From Raillietiella orientalis (lineage: Eukaryota), in assembly GCA_036172245.1 (NCBI GenBank), contig JAYWIR010000038.1, positions 496,001 through 560,000 on the forward strand: 64,000 nt of DNA, read 5' to 3'. Position 1 is the stretch's first letter. Each line of letters opens with the position of its first letter. The notes below the pieces were generated by a model. The model worked only from the letters and a program-made list of their open reading frames with translations, was not told the origin of the DNA and did no database searches. Positions 14,041-26,474 of the stretch are shown here, piece by piece. Position numbers and translations under genes: made by a program.

Positions 14041-14285
14041 CATCTGGGGGAGAGGAAAAGCACGCACGCACACACACATACACACACAAATGGAAGCCAA
14101 CTGCCACCTTCGGCACGGACCATCAGGTTGTACTTGAAGGAACGTCGTTTCTTAAACTCGAACTTCCCCACGGATGCTGCGAAGACCTCCGATCTCAGTG
14201 CCTCGCCTTTGCGAGTGTTTTCTTTCAGTAGAGACTGCACCTGCTGGATGGATCCAGGTCTCTTAATCTACGTGAGAATGCCCTG

Positions 14286-14520
14286 ATGTTTGTACAGTTG
14301 CTGCGAGAGGCACTCTTCTCTTCACGTGATGAAAGTTTCCTCATTGTTTTCGTAAAAACATCTTCGCTTTTGCATTTCCACTGGCTTCTTCGTCGGCAGG
14401 AAATTTTCATCCTCTCCTTAGGGCACCGGTGCTCTGTCTTCTGGAGGGCACTGACCGAAAAGCAGCTCGACCTTCCACCTCGATGTGAACTTTTCATTTC
14501 TTTCGGATACTTCCACCGCA
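14286..14520 (+). pseudogene. BAF-like unit with the HhH loop deleted
   Basis: ESFLIVFVKTSSL and LLRRQEIFIL match PSFDVFCKCTSM and VLESQGVFTI of the 36655 ORF; the intervening PISQIPG segment is missing. Confidence 0.4.
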
Positions 14521-14589
14521 CACTAAGAATGAAGATTGCATCTCCTAAAGAAGGGGGGATTGGAGGAGGCGAAAATTTTCTCTATTTTG

Positions 14590-15300
14590 GCCCTCGTCGG
14601 CGGCCGCGTGGCTACTGCGGTCTTGGCGCGTTGCACCAAGCGTTGCGGGTTCGAATCCCAACCGGGATCTGGGTACGCCAAAGTGGGTTTCGGTCCCCCC
14701 CCCCCATGCAGTTGATACTGGTTGGCTGAAGGTTTTGGGTGCGGCGGTACTGGTGGATGCTCGAAACCGGATGTCCCTTTGACCGGCAGGGATTGGAAGT
14801 CGACCGTCCGAGTTCCTTCCAGAACATCAGGGACCCCTTGGTTCCCCTTCGGTTGTGAAGATGAATCTTCCACCCGGGGGGACCCTCCTTTGCATACCAT
14901 GGAGCTGGTTAATACCTCCCAGAGGGGGGTCGCCTCCAGATTGTGAAGTAGCGCTCTGCTCCCTTCGGGAGCAACCTTTCGGAGAAATCGGGAAGCATCC
15001 CTCTGGGGTTCTCTTCAGAGGAGGAAACGAGGAGCGGATCCTTTCCGAGGGGTCTCTCCAGAGAAGAAACGGGGAGGTCTCCATCCGGGGGTCCCTCCGA
15101 AGAGAGCAAGGAAGATGTTCTTCCCTTCGTGGTTCCCTTCGGAGGCAAACAGGCTGCAGGGTTCCCTACCAAGCGTGAGAGGAACGGATTCCTTCCCCCA
15201 AACCCCTTCCCGGATTCATGAGATGGTCCCTACGAATCCGAGAAGAGCACACGCGTCCACGGGTGGCGCGATCCGTGTTTTAAAGAGCTCTCGCGTACTA
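14590..15300 (+). mobile_element. tRNA-headed dispersed repeat, copy 2
   Basis: GGTTCGAATCCC at 14648-14659; body colinear with 9650-10265. Confidence 0.75.
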
Positions 15301-15585
15301 ACTTTCGATGTGTGCAGGCCAACCTTAGAGAGCGAATCTTTGCAGGTTTCGCAAGTCTTCAAGGTTGCCCTCGATTCCGGATGGGATGGGCCTGGCATAC
15401 CTTTCCTGCTCCAGAGACTCCTGACCGGCAGGGTCGGCAAGTCTCAGTTCTGCACTTTTCCAGATCAATAAAGTTCCGCACTGCTGCTCCTCCACACCTT
15501 GACGCAGGAGTCCGAATCCTTGGTCTCGAGACCAGGGATTCTTCAGATACGAGCACAGCTTGAAGAACTTAGGAAGGAAGATCAT

Positions 15586-15612
15586 CACACACACACACAC
15601 ACACACACACAC
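15586..15612. repeat. (CA)n microsatellite
   Basis: Read directly. Confidence 0.95.
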
Positions 15613-15989
15613 TTGTCCAGATGACCTCAGAAAGACTACTAATGGAAACTCTTTGTTTCTATTCCAGTCTGTCTAAAATAAATAGGCTGCATTTTATATA
15701 GAACTTGTCGGCGGTGGATCTGTCTTTAAGTGGATGCCTGGGGGGCCGTAGGCTACCGGCTTGCAGCGTGCGTGTGTGATCTGAAATCCATCTATCCCCC
15801 TCACCCCCCCACCCTCTCTCGGAGTAGCACGCAGGTGAAGAACACAGTTCATAGGTCATCAAAGATGGAGGGTGAGGAGCACCGTCATGGCCTTCGCGAC
15901 TGATCATTGGTTTCCAGCTCACCTCTGCTAGAGAACTGCTGTTTTCGATCGAAGACCGACGACCTTTCCTCTTTCCTTTCGGAAAGGAA

Positions 15990-16350
15990 GAGAACGCTCT
16001 CTGCCTTTTATTTTTTGGTTGGCTGAGTACCTCAAGAGCCGTCGCGCGCCTGGCGGCTCACGCAACTCTTCACCACTGTTCCACGGCACCCGAGGGTGCG
16101 TGCAGCTCTTTAAGATTCCTGGAAGGACCGGAGGTCGACTCCCATTCCCGGCCACTCGTCGGGGGCATCCGGTTTGAACCGCATCTGAATGAATGGAGGC
16201 CAACCAGCGTCATGTCGCGGGTGGAACTCGAACCCGCGACTCACCCCCATCTCTCAGCGTCGATCTTTCCCCGGGTGGGATTCGAACCCGCGGTGCTTGG
16301 TGGTGTCCAACGCTCGGAGACCTCAGCAGCCTCGCGGCCTCCGATGCGGA
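15990..16350 (-). mobile_element. tRNA-headed dispersed repeat, internally deleted copy 3
   Basis: Reverse B-box GGGATTCGAACC at 16277-16288; the head joins directly to the distal CTTAAAGAG..CACCCTCGGG..AACCAAAAAATAAAA segment also seen at 22555-22680. Confidence 0.7.
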
Positions 16351-16619
16351 CTCTTGGTTCTCCTTCTCCCTGGACTCTTGGTCGCACGGATGGAGGCGCT
16401 CCGAGGGAGAGTCCCCGTGCTGTTTTTCATCCCCCTCGATGGGCATAGACGCCGGCGAGCAGCGGTCCGGCAGCTAGCTTGCTTGGGTTCACGCGCGACC
16501 GGAGCCACCGCTGCTGCTCGCTTCTTCCCCGTTCGCATCGCATCTGCTTCCTTCCGGGGATGCTTAGCTAAATGGGCCAAACCCTTTTCCGTGCCAGGCG
16601 AGGGCCCTGTGGGGTCATC

Positions 16620-16790
16620 TGCGCGCACCCGTCAGAGTTCAAGCAGTTGGGCACGACGTGCTCTGGGCACGTACTGGAGCGAGTGCTCCCTTACACGGAG
16701 CAAACGTGCAGAGACGCGTGCATCTGCACGGGTTGGTTGCCACCTTCGACGTAGTTACAGCGTTCAGCTGCCTGATGACCCATCTCATTC
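16620..16790 (-). mobile_element. Possible decayed gag-like zinc-knuckle (non-LTR ORF1) remnant
   Basis: Minus-strand translation MGHQAAERC...CSV*GSTRSSTCPEHVVPNCLNSDG resembles degraded tandem CCHC knuckles. Confidence 0.3.
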
Positions 16791-17229
16791 GCCTAGTGCG
16801 TGACTGAGGTTTATTTGCTTCGTGATTTCCTTGTGCCTCAGAGTGAATTCAGAGTGCGCGTCAAGCAGGAGCTGGCGATCTCCTGAGGAACTGAGATGCT
16901 GAGCAGCGCGCGTGCAGACGTGAAGGTGGAAGAAAAAGTGGGGGACCGGAAGAGCAACGCCCGGAGATTCGGTGCACTTCACCATCACCTTCAATTCACA
17001 GTGAAAGCTGAGCTAGCGGGTGATCACCATCACCAAGTCAGACTTCTCCTCGGAGGGATTGACCAGTCAATCCTCTTTTACTTCTGATCCGTTTGCCATT
17101 GGGCTTCAACTTCATCCTCCCCAAAATGTATCGATTGTCTTTTGCCAGAAAAAAAAAATCATGTTGTAATTCAGAAGACCAATGAGGGATCGCAAGAGGC
17201 TCGGAGATCTGCAGCATTTTTACAACCGG

Positions 17230-17745
17230 GCGGGAGCCCCGAAGAACACCTTCCTGGTTCTCTCCGGGGGGACTCCCTGGAAAGGATCCGCTCCTCGTTT
17301 CCTCCTCTGAAGGAAACCCCGAAAAGACGCTCCCCAGTTTCTCCGAAGGGACGCTCCCAAAGGAAGCAGCGCGATTCTTGCACTCCGGAGAGACATCAAC
17401 CATCTCCTTGGTACGAGATGGAGGTCCTCCTCAAGAGGGAGGGGAAGATGAGCGGCGTACGGCTCCATTTTCACAACTGGAGGGTAACCTCGGAGGACTC
17501 CTTGATGCCTGTGGAGGATCCCAGATGGTCAACTTCCAGTCCCGGCCACTCAACGGGGCATCCGACCTCGACCAGTGCCGCACCCGAAGCCAACCGAGGA
17601 CAACCAGAGTCACCCTGCGGGGAAGGGAGGGGATGAATCGAAACCCACGACGCACCGCCCCCGTACTCGGAGTTGCTTCCCGGACGGCATTTGAACAAGC
17701 GACGCCCAGTGACGCACGCCGAGGCCGCGGCCACACGCCCGCCAA
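17230..17745 (-). mobile_element. tRNA-headed dispersed repeat, copy 4
   Basis: GGAAAGGATCCGCTCCTCGTTTCC (reverse complement of the family motif) at ~17279-17302; colinear with copy 1. Confidence 0.72.
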
Positions 17746-18074
17746 CGTGCGGGTGACTTGCAATGGCCACTGTTTTTCACAATGGGCGACTTGAAACTGG
17801 CCCCAAAGCGTGCAAGAAAGTAGTTCCTTCTTTCTCCTCTCATCCCTCATGCGCTGCTCACTCGGTTTATCGTCGCGAGGTCCGGCTCGAAGTGCCCCGT
17901 TTAGGCGTTATTCGTCCTGTATATGTCCACCGTCCACTCTTCTGGCCACATTGTCCATTGCGCCGTTTTCTTCTCCGAAAATCTCGGCCACTCTCTGAGC
18001 TCTCATCGCGCGTAGGATGAGGCAGGAAAACGGGATGGAGGAAACCCGAACTGCGGTGCAGGTCGAAGAGCTGT

Positions 18075-18560
18075 CCACCCGTGTGGGCGCCGAGGCGTTT
18101 ATTTAATGTAAAAACAAGCATTTACAAAGATTGTGGTTGGGCTGCTGGTCCAACCACGTGCATTCCAACGGGAGCCTGCCCCTCACCGGTTCGCCGACCG
18201 GTGAGGTCCTCCACGGCAGCGGAGGGGAGGGGTAGACAAAAAGCAAAGGAAACAAAAATAAAAAATAAAGAAACTTTGGGGTGAGAAGGGATCACATTCT
18301 GCTGAGGGCGGTCCTCCGCATCCTTTCGAGGATGCTGGCAAGCTCTTGCTGTCTACGGTACTTCAGTTGAGGTCATCTCGTTGCCATCCTCACGAAGCGG
18401 ACGGCAAAGTGGATGGCATCGGTATGGCTCGGTCCTCTTGCATCGCTCCAGGCTGCCACAATACCACGTAGGCAGCAAAGAGCTGCTAGGGCGAGGCTGC
18501 GGGCCGAAGGGCGTCCTCCAACGAGGAGGGGTCGTAAAGCGTCCCTGGAGTTGCCGCCGG
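18075..18560 (-). mobile_element. LINE 3' end fragment
   Basis: Reverse complement reads CTTGCCAGCATCC...GTGATCCCTTC...AATAAACGCCTCGGCG...CGGGTGG, like the other tails. Confidence 0.7.
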
Positions 18561-19780
18561 GGGTCGCAGATCGAAGAGTGGGTAACTAAAAATATTGCTG
18601 TTTGGTTTGGTTGTTTGGCTGTAGAAGAGCATTTTAGAGGAGGTCGCCGAGGAGAAAAAAAAAGAAAAGACAAAAAGCTCTTTATGGATGGATATGAGCA
18701 TTCTAGTTGGAACCTACTTTGTAGGGACATGGGCAAGAGGGTCTCCGATCAACGGCTTGCCGAGCTGGAGGCTTTGTTCCGTCTCATGAAGATCAGGCAC
18801 TGCCGGTTCGCGTACGGATTCGTCGATCCTGTCCGCCTGTAAGTACAGATGACTGCCGGGCTGCAAATTCGCACGGCGCCGTAGAGGGAAAAGGATCCTG
18901 CCGGATTTCCGCTTGCCACCGGTTCAGGATCGACTGGGAACAGAGGTCGGTCGTGCCGTGAATTAGCGACAGCGGTTTCCTGTGAAAAAAGTGGCACTTT
19001 GTTTCTTGTGGAATAAACCCTCTTGCGAAACTACGGAGCTTCTTCTGTTTTCCTGTTCTTTCTCTAGCCCTCTCGCCACGATGCAACTGGCCGTCGGGAC
19101 GCCGCCGCTGCACAGGATGCCGTGCCCGAGGCGTCCTCTGTCCTCGTGGACCGTGCCTGTCCTTTAGCGTCCGGAATCTCACGCTGGTCTGCTTACTCAC
19201 TGTGTTTGATAAACGGAATCATGACAATAGACACTTTTCCAGAGAATCAGTAATGTAATTAATCATTTAATAAATGAATGATAATCTGAATCACTGTGTT
19301 TGGTTTTCTTTGGCTGAAAGCCTGCGTGATATGGCCGTGCGATATTCCGAGGACTGACCGACAAATGAGCGTGATTCGTATCCAGGATACGTGACCAGGT
19401 ACAACCATTGCTGTTGGCTCTCTTGTTCTTACTACGGCTACACGTTCGGCTGCTATAGCTGCCCTCCGTGCCGACGATCACTTCTCGGGACGCCCTCTAC
19501 GGCAGGTGTTGGGAGCGAAGAGGATAGAAATTTCCTTAGGATTTGGAGCCAACAGGAATTTCAAGCGGTCGTGAAGCTCAACTCTGCTGACCGCTTGTTG
19601 TGTTTCCTCAAGGATGGCGGAATCATTCGAGTGCTTATAGACAGATATCCAAATGAAACGAAAAAAAAAACAAAAAGGACCCACTAGGCCTTGATGGTTG
19701 AACAAAAGGAACAGCCACGATTAAATTCAATGACCACAGTAATATCTTGGATAGGGTGCTTTCTTCGGTAACACTGGTTA

Positions 19781-19826
<46 letters not shown>

Positions 19827-21819
19827 ATGTTTCTCTAATAGTGCTTTCAGCAGTGTCCGTTCGTACGTTTTTCAGTCTTCCCATGGAACAGTACCGGAAA
19901 AACAAACGGTGCAAAAGAACAAATGTTTTATTGATGAAATTGCATTTTGAAACTTTCACTGGAGTCCGCGAACACCAAAACGTGCACATCCCACGTTGTG
20001 TTTTCATTCTATTTGCATGATCGACTCACTCTACGAAAAGAAACCCTTTTCATCCCTTTAAAAGCACTGTGGCAAACGCCTCCTCGATGTCTTCCACGTA
20101 TCCTGAAGACGGCCTCGAAGACTGTAAAATAAACAAACATGTGCTCCTTATCGAGAGCTTCGGCAAACACTTTGTGGGAAGCAACATGTGGAGTCCACTT
20201 TGGTAAAGTATCGCAGGCCCCATTACCCTTCCTTCCTCCCCGCCATGGCGAGGTTTCTGCCACGCTCCTGCACCACGCAAAGTTGCCTTCGAGACGCAGC
20301 GCATCTCTGAATTTCTCAGATTTCTGAAGTTCTCGAATGCAGCGACGCACTGCACCAACCTAATAGTTGTGAGAAGTATGCGACATTCGGAAACATCCCT
20401 TCCATAGTGAACTGGAAGCATACCATGGGCAGATATGGAACCTATTCGGAGTTGGCAAGCCTGAGTACACATTTTGCAGGTAAATGCATGAAGGCGATAG
20501 AGAATGGCAAGTTCTGATGCTGTGGCCCGCGACAGAGTAGCAAAACTCACATTCCTCTGCAGCGGCAAGGCTTCTTCCTGCGTTGAGGATTTCATGATTC
20601 GAGAAGTGCTCCTGTGCATCTGGACGCGAAGGATCCCACCATCTGTCCATTCACACAGTCGTCATAGTAGGTTTCGTCTTGATCCATCCGCCTGTCGATC
20701 CATTTCCATTTTCCAAGCATCGCGGGGTCATTGATTTTTGCTAATTTGATCCACCTTGCAGTGGTCAGTGATCCTTCTTGCGGGAGAGCAACTCGAATCA
20801 TTTCAAAAGCTCAGGACGCGTTTTGCTACTTTTACCCAAATTCGTTCCAGCCTCTCGTTGCAAACGTCAGATGGACCAACGCTTGTGGTAGAAACGGACC
20901 TCCGAAATCACAAGATCAGTCGAAGAAAAGAGAGAGAGGTGAACAAGACGGTGGGAATTCCCCTTTTCTTCGTCTGTTTGCACCGATTTTCTAATGCGAA
21001 TGAGATTAGCAAGTTTTCCTATGATCCGTCTTAATCGCAAGAGGGTCTCTTCGGTACACAGGGCCTACTTCTTTCCCATTAAAATGGCATGCTTACCATG
21101 ATGCTGGCAGGAAATCTGGAAGAGTTTCACATGAGTGCGATGCCCATGTTAAAGAACGGAGATCCGCGCTCCGTGCATTCTGACCTCTGACGAAGATGAG
21201 CGTCTCCGTTGGGAAAATCGTTGTTATGGAAAATCGGGTCGCCTTCTTGCAGCAGCCAAGTCTCTGGACGGCATGCTCGTGGGTGCTTCAGCATCGCTGA
21301 AGTTCCCCTTCCAAACGAGGAAAACAGTTTTCACCTTCTCCAGGTCAGATTACTATGACCTTTCGAGGAAAGAAACGTTCTTCACAGCCAAAGTTCTGCA
21401 GCTGCGTTGGGCTTTCTCGAAGGCGGCGATTAGGATGAACAGCCCCGGGATTCGTTCAAATGGAGGCCTCTTGTACGTTTGGGACCATCCTTCGGGGACT
21501 TACCCGTGGCGCAGAACTGGATTGTATCCGTGAGTTTCCACAAAATCACAAGAAGAAAACAAAGCTGGAGTTTTCCTTTGGCAGTCTGATTCTTGGAACA
21601 CTGACTCTTGGAAAATTGTGAAAGTTTCTGCAAATTCTTAGGAGGTGGTGCTTCCGGGATGCTTTGAAAAAGAGAATGCTATCGTGAAGTGTGATCCGCA
21701 AGGATTTTGGAGAAACGGGTACTATTTCATTAACATCTAATTCTCGACATCTGCTTGCAAAAAACGGAAAGACTTGTAAGGCATTCAACACCCCCATCCA
21801 TATGCCAAATTCAGTGATT

Positions 21820-22700
21820 GCCCGCGTCGGAGGCTTTGTGGTTAAGGCTTCCGCGCGTGGCTCATGCGTCGCGGGATGGAATACCCCGGCAGAAACTGAC
21901 GCCACTGCGTCGTTTGGGTTCCGAGTTTCTCCTGCAAGATGGCGCTGGTTGGCCTAATCATTCGGGAGTGGCACCGGCGGTGGATTAAGCCGGAGGGCCC
22001 CGATGAAGGCCGGAACAATGGGAAATTGACCTCCGGGTCCTTCCAGGAATGAAGGAGTGGGGAGTTCCCCCTCCGGTCGTGCAACGGAGAGCGGACCACC
22101 CACACCGGGGGGATCCCTCCGGTTTCAAGATAGAGCAGGAGCCCTCACATGAACCTCTCCAGTTGTTCAAAGGAGCGGACTCCCCCTGTTGCGGTGGGGG
22201 GACCCTCCGAGTCGTCGCTTCTCCAGAAGAGTGCAAGGAAGCAAGCGAGAGCGATTCCCTGCGGGAAGCCGCAGCGCCCCTTCTGAGTTTCGGAAGCGTC
22301 CCTTCGGGGTTCTCTTCAGAGGAGTGAACAGGAGCGGTTCCCTTGCGGGTTCCCTTCGGAGAAGATGAAATGGGGAAGACCACCCTATCAGGTGGGTGCC
22401 CCTCCGGAGTGAATGAGGAAGGCGATTCCCTTCGGGGTTCCCCTTCGCAGACAACCAGGGTGGGAGGTGCGATCCCCTCCCCAAGAGTGAGAGGAACGGA
22501 CTCCGGGTCTTCCTGGATTCATAGGGCGGACCCCCTTCCGGAGTGCCTCCCCCTATCTTGAAGAATTACAACGCACCCTCCGCGGGTGGCGTGGTGTTAA
22601 AGAGCCAAGTGCGCGCCGCGAGGCATGCGACCGGCTCTTGGGGTACTTAGCTAACCAAAAAAAATAAAAACCCGAAAAAAACAAAAAATCTGGAAGGGAA
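21820..22700 (+). mobile_element. tRNA-headed dispersed repeat, copy 5
   Basis: A-box-like GTGGTTAAGGC at 21838-21848 and a degenerate B-box; very similar to the inverted copy at 25213-25945. Confidence 0.8.
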
Positions 22701-24079
22701 AAAACAAACAGCGAAGACAGAGAAGAACCCAAAAGGATTTCCATCATCCCTAGGCCAATAGTAACGATATCCTCGTGGGGTCACTACTGGCCTTTTGAAA
22801 AAAAAAAAAAAAAAAAATTTCAGTGATTGGAAGGTAAACCAGCGGCCGCTTCAATGGAAGTGATGAGTGACCGTATCATGAACTCATAAGAAAGAACCTT
22901 GGTTTTAGAGCTGCTTACTAAGTCGTCTCAAGACTTATGTGCACATGGAATCACCATCTTACTTTTAAATCATCCAATAGTTGATTGATGATTCGCGCTG
23001 ATTTTTAGAATGGAGGCAGAAGCATAAAACTGGAAATGAGACCACAGGCTGTGGTCCTGTGAACTTTTAGACCATCGGTTCTTGCAGCCCGAAAATTGTA
23101 ATCGGTCTGTCGAATAAATCACCGATCGTAAAAGTGTTGTCAACTCCGTGATCGCCCACGCTCTTTTCCGAATACTCCATTTCAGCCACACGGAGAAACT
23201 GCGCAAGCAGCGGTCTGCAGTTCATCTTTGTGCTCACTCAACTGCCCATAGTTGTTTGATGAGGAGAGGAACGCCAACCGCTGGAATCACATGTGACACA
23301 CATTCGGGAAGTTTCCCGCGAGCACTTGCAGGCTTTCTCTCAAAGTATCTGTCAGTGGGAAGGTAAATTTCCAGGCAGCTCTGCTGCCTTGGCTCCGATG
23401 GCTCCTTGTAGTCTTCCGGCATGTTCCTCCCTCATTGGAATGGGCGTTCATCGAAAGCTTCACGAAACATCCATAAAACAGAACCGTACAACTCTTAAAG
23501 TCTCGCTGGGATTCTTTTTTCCGGAGACTTAGATAACCTCTGTCAGGTCAAGCGAAGGCACGAAAATCGCGGAATGATGTATTCAAGATATACACATGCA
23601 CACATATGTACAATGAAAGCACTTTTAGGATTTCGAATAGAACTTTCGTCGGAGGAGAACAGAATTTCTCACTTCGATCAAGTTGTAAAAAACAGCGTTT
23701 TTGTCCCTATGAGTCGATAAGCAGTCCTGATGTAGAGTGCCCATGTGCCAGAGGGCACGAACATAGGGAAAACGTAACCGAAGAATCGGAGAGGCGAGCT
23801 CGGTACTGTACTTGACTTTGGTACGCCTGGTGATTGGTGTGTGGAGGGAGGCTGCTTCATTGAGTCTGATGTTTCAGAGCAGAGTCCGTTCCTTCTGCTT
23901 TGTTTTCAAATTTCGTCTGTCTGTTGCAGCCATCGGGTGATGTAATTTTCTTGGTACGTTGATGTAATGCCCTGCCCATGTGTGCCGAGGTTTCAGCTCC
24001 GGGTTAACATTTATCGACAGCTAAGGACATGCCGTGGGAAGTAGAAAATAGGTTTGTGGGGTAGGAAGTTGATGTTTTC

Positions 24080-24114
<35 letters not shown>

Positions 24115-24689
24115 TACTTTCGATGTTTTGTAATATTCAGGTCGCAAGTTCTTGTGCAGATTCATAGTTTTCGTAAGGTCTTCAGCCCTTTAGCATCATT
24201 TTTACCGTTGCATCACTTACGGGTGTGCTGTGTGGGTAGGCACGGACACCAACGACACCATCGATTGCAAGTAAAGGGAAGGATGAAGGTGTTTGCCAAA
24301 ATAACTATCCAGATCGTTAACTATCCAGTGTTCGGGAATTAAAAGTTGATAATTTTGCTTGCCAAACACAAGTTTTCAGCGTTCGGTTTCATGGAGAGCT
24401 CTGTGCAGCTGAAAAACCGATTGGAACCATGGTTACGCTGGGAGCGAACAGAATTCATGGGGGAAGCCTATGCAGAAATAAATAAGTATTTATGATCTGG
24501 AAATGAGAGGAGTTTGGTGGTTGTTTCTGCTACAGAGTGAGTTCTGTGTAAAGAGTTTCATATCTGGGGTGTAAAACAAGTCCATTGCAGTATGGATTAT
24601 ACTTTTCTTTGTCCTTGATATTCGGGCAGAACATTCCTTTGGTTTTTTGAATCAACCCCCAGGGACCTCGGGGTTGATTCAAAGATGCC

Positions 24690-25212
24690 TATCCTTCCTG
24701 TTCGCCTTGATTTCCGCGTTGCACTCCAGAAGAAGTTTAGCTATCTCGGTTCTGGTGAAAGCTGCAGCCTTCAGAAGAGGGGTGCGTCTCTCCGTTGTCA
24801 TCTCTCGCGTTCACCTTTGCTTTGTAGTCCAGAAGGAGCCTCAGAATTTCGTGGCTTGATTTCCTGGAAGCATTGTGAAGCGCGGTCGCACCATCCTTCC
24901 TCCTGGCGTTGACATCAGCGTTGTGATCCAGGAGCGCCTTCACTATGGGCAACCTTTGATTCATGCAGGCTACGTGGAGGGACGTTCTTCCGGCCTTGTC
25001 CTTTGCGTTCACATCGGCATTGCGCTGCAGCAACAGCTCCACGATTTCAACGTCTGATCCTGCGGATGCGATATGGAGTGCAGTTGTTTCTTTGTGCTTG
25101 TGCCTAATACTGATGTCAGCATGGGAATCCAAAAGGAGCTTAACGATTCCAAGGTTACTGTATTTGGCAGCGAAGTGAAGCAGTCTCGTTCCTTCCATGT
25201 CCTGTGCATGTT
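24690..25212 (-). pseudogene. Ankyrin-repeat protein fragment (~5 repeats), frameshifted and truncated
   Basis: LLHFAAKYSNLGIVKLLL, TALHIASAGSDVEIVELLL, TSLHVACMNQRLPIVKALL, TALHNASRKSSHEILRLLL; a frameshift near 24780 continues as (T)PLLKAAAFTRTEIAKLLL. The N-terminus of the predicted ORF is repeat-derived. Confidence 0.9.
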
Positions 25213-25945
25213 CTTCAAGATGGGGGGCACCCCGGAAGTGGGGGTCCGCTCTATGAATCCAGAAAGGCTCGAGAGTCCATTCCTCTAGCTCTTGGGGAGA
25301 GGATTGCACCTCCCACCCTGAGGGACACCCACCTGATAGGGTGGTCCTCTCCATTTCATCTTCTCGGAAGGGGACCCGGAAAGGATCCGCTAGCAGGAAT
25401 TTCTTCTCCGGAGGGAACCCGCAAGGGAACCGTTCCTGTTCACTCCTCTGAAGAGAACCCCGAAGGGACGCTTCCGAAACTCAGAAGGGGCGCTGCAGTT
25501 TCCCGCAGGGGAATCGCTCTCGCTTGCTTCCTTGCACTCTGTGAGGAGGCGACGGCTCGGAGGGACCCCCAACAGGGGGGTCCGCTCCTTTGAACAACTG
25601 GAGAGGTCCCTGTGAGGGCTCCTGCTCTATCTTGAAACCGGAGGGATCCCCCCGGTGTGGGTGGTCCGCTCTCCGTTGCACGACCGGAGGGGGAACTCCC
25701 CACTCCTTTATTCCTGGAAGGACCCGAAGATCAATTTCCCATTGTTCCGGCCTTCATCGGGGCCCTCCGGCTTAATCCACCGTCGGTGCCACTCCCGAAT
25801 GATTAGGCCAATCAGCGCCATCTTACAGGAGAAACTCGGAACCCAAACGACGCAGTGGCGTCAGTTTCTGCCGGAGTGTTCGATCCCGCGACGCATGGTG
25901 CCACACACGGAGACCACCGTAACCACACAGCCTCCGACGCGGGCC
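25213..25945 (-). mobile_element. tRNA-headed dispersed repeat, copy 6, abutting the ankyrin fragment
   Basis: High-identity inverted match to 21820-22565. Confidence 0.8.
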
Positions 25946-26180
25946 TTCCTTGCAGAAATTCGGTATGTTCTTAGGTTTAATGTACAGGCATTTGCGTCGC
26001 TACATATCTGAGCAGCGTTTTCTTGACGAGCAAATGAGCGGCTCCTTCCAGAGGTGCTTGGAGGCTGTGCTTTTCCTTTTCTCCCTTTCAGGCTAGCAAA
26101 AGACAACCAAAGCAAAGACTAGATTGTGGTCCTAGGAGCTCATACTGACCTTTGCAGTGTTGATGTAAAGGTTCTTTTAG

Positions 26181-26474
26181 GCCGGTTCAGCGGCACATTT
26201 CGGTAAGTTCATCGCCGCCAAAGATCGCAAGGTGTGGTCGACAGGAACTTCGCGTTCAATATGGCGTCGGCTGCAAAACTCTTCGCCTTGTGATTTTCTT
26301 TTTCCGTCGTATGCCTTTGTCTCGGTATGGGACTCGGTTTTCCTCAGTCCGACATGCGGTGGGGTGTATTCATTTTTCCTTCTTTCACTTTCACAAGCGT
26401 TTCTCACTGTCACTCATTTTCACTGTTTCTTCATTTTCACTATCTGGGTTATTCTTCGGGCATTCAGTCACTGA
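26181..26474 (+). pseudogene. BAF-like unit
   Basis: One frame reads SAAHFGKFIAAKD..GTSRSIWRRLQN..FLSPTCGG versus BAF SQKHRDFVAEPM..GIGEVLGKKLEE..WLKDTCGA; upstream in-frame TAG and no ATG. Confidence 0.5.

Noticed and set aside
20590..21520. Minus-strand C-type lectin pseudogene (GKWKWID, PEGW)
   Set aside because: Motifs are scattered across frames without cysteine register; plus-strand BAF-like readings fit at least as well.
24737..25354. Intact 205-aa ankyrin gene as listed in the ORF track
   Set aside because: The first ~47 aa come from the repeat insertion and the C-terminus is frameshifted.
26177..26413. Upstream continuation of the ankyrin gene (YTPPHV)
   Set aside because: Single weak motif; the opposite strand gives a better multi-motif BAF-like alignment.
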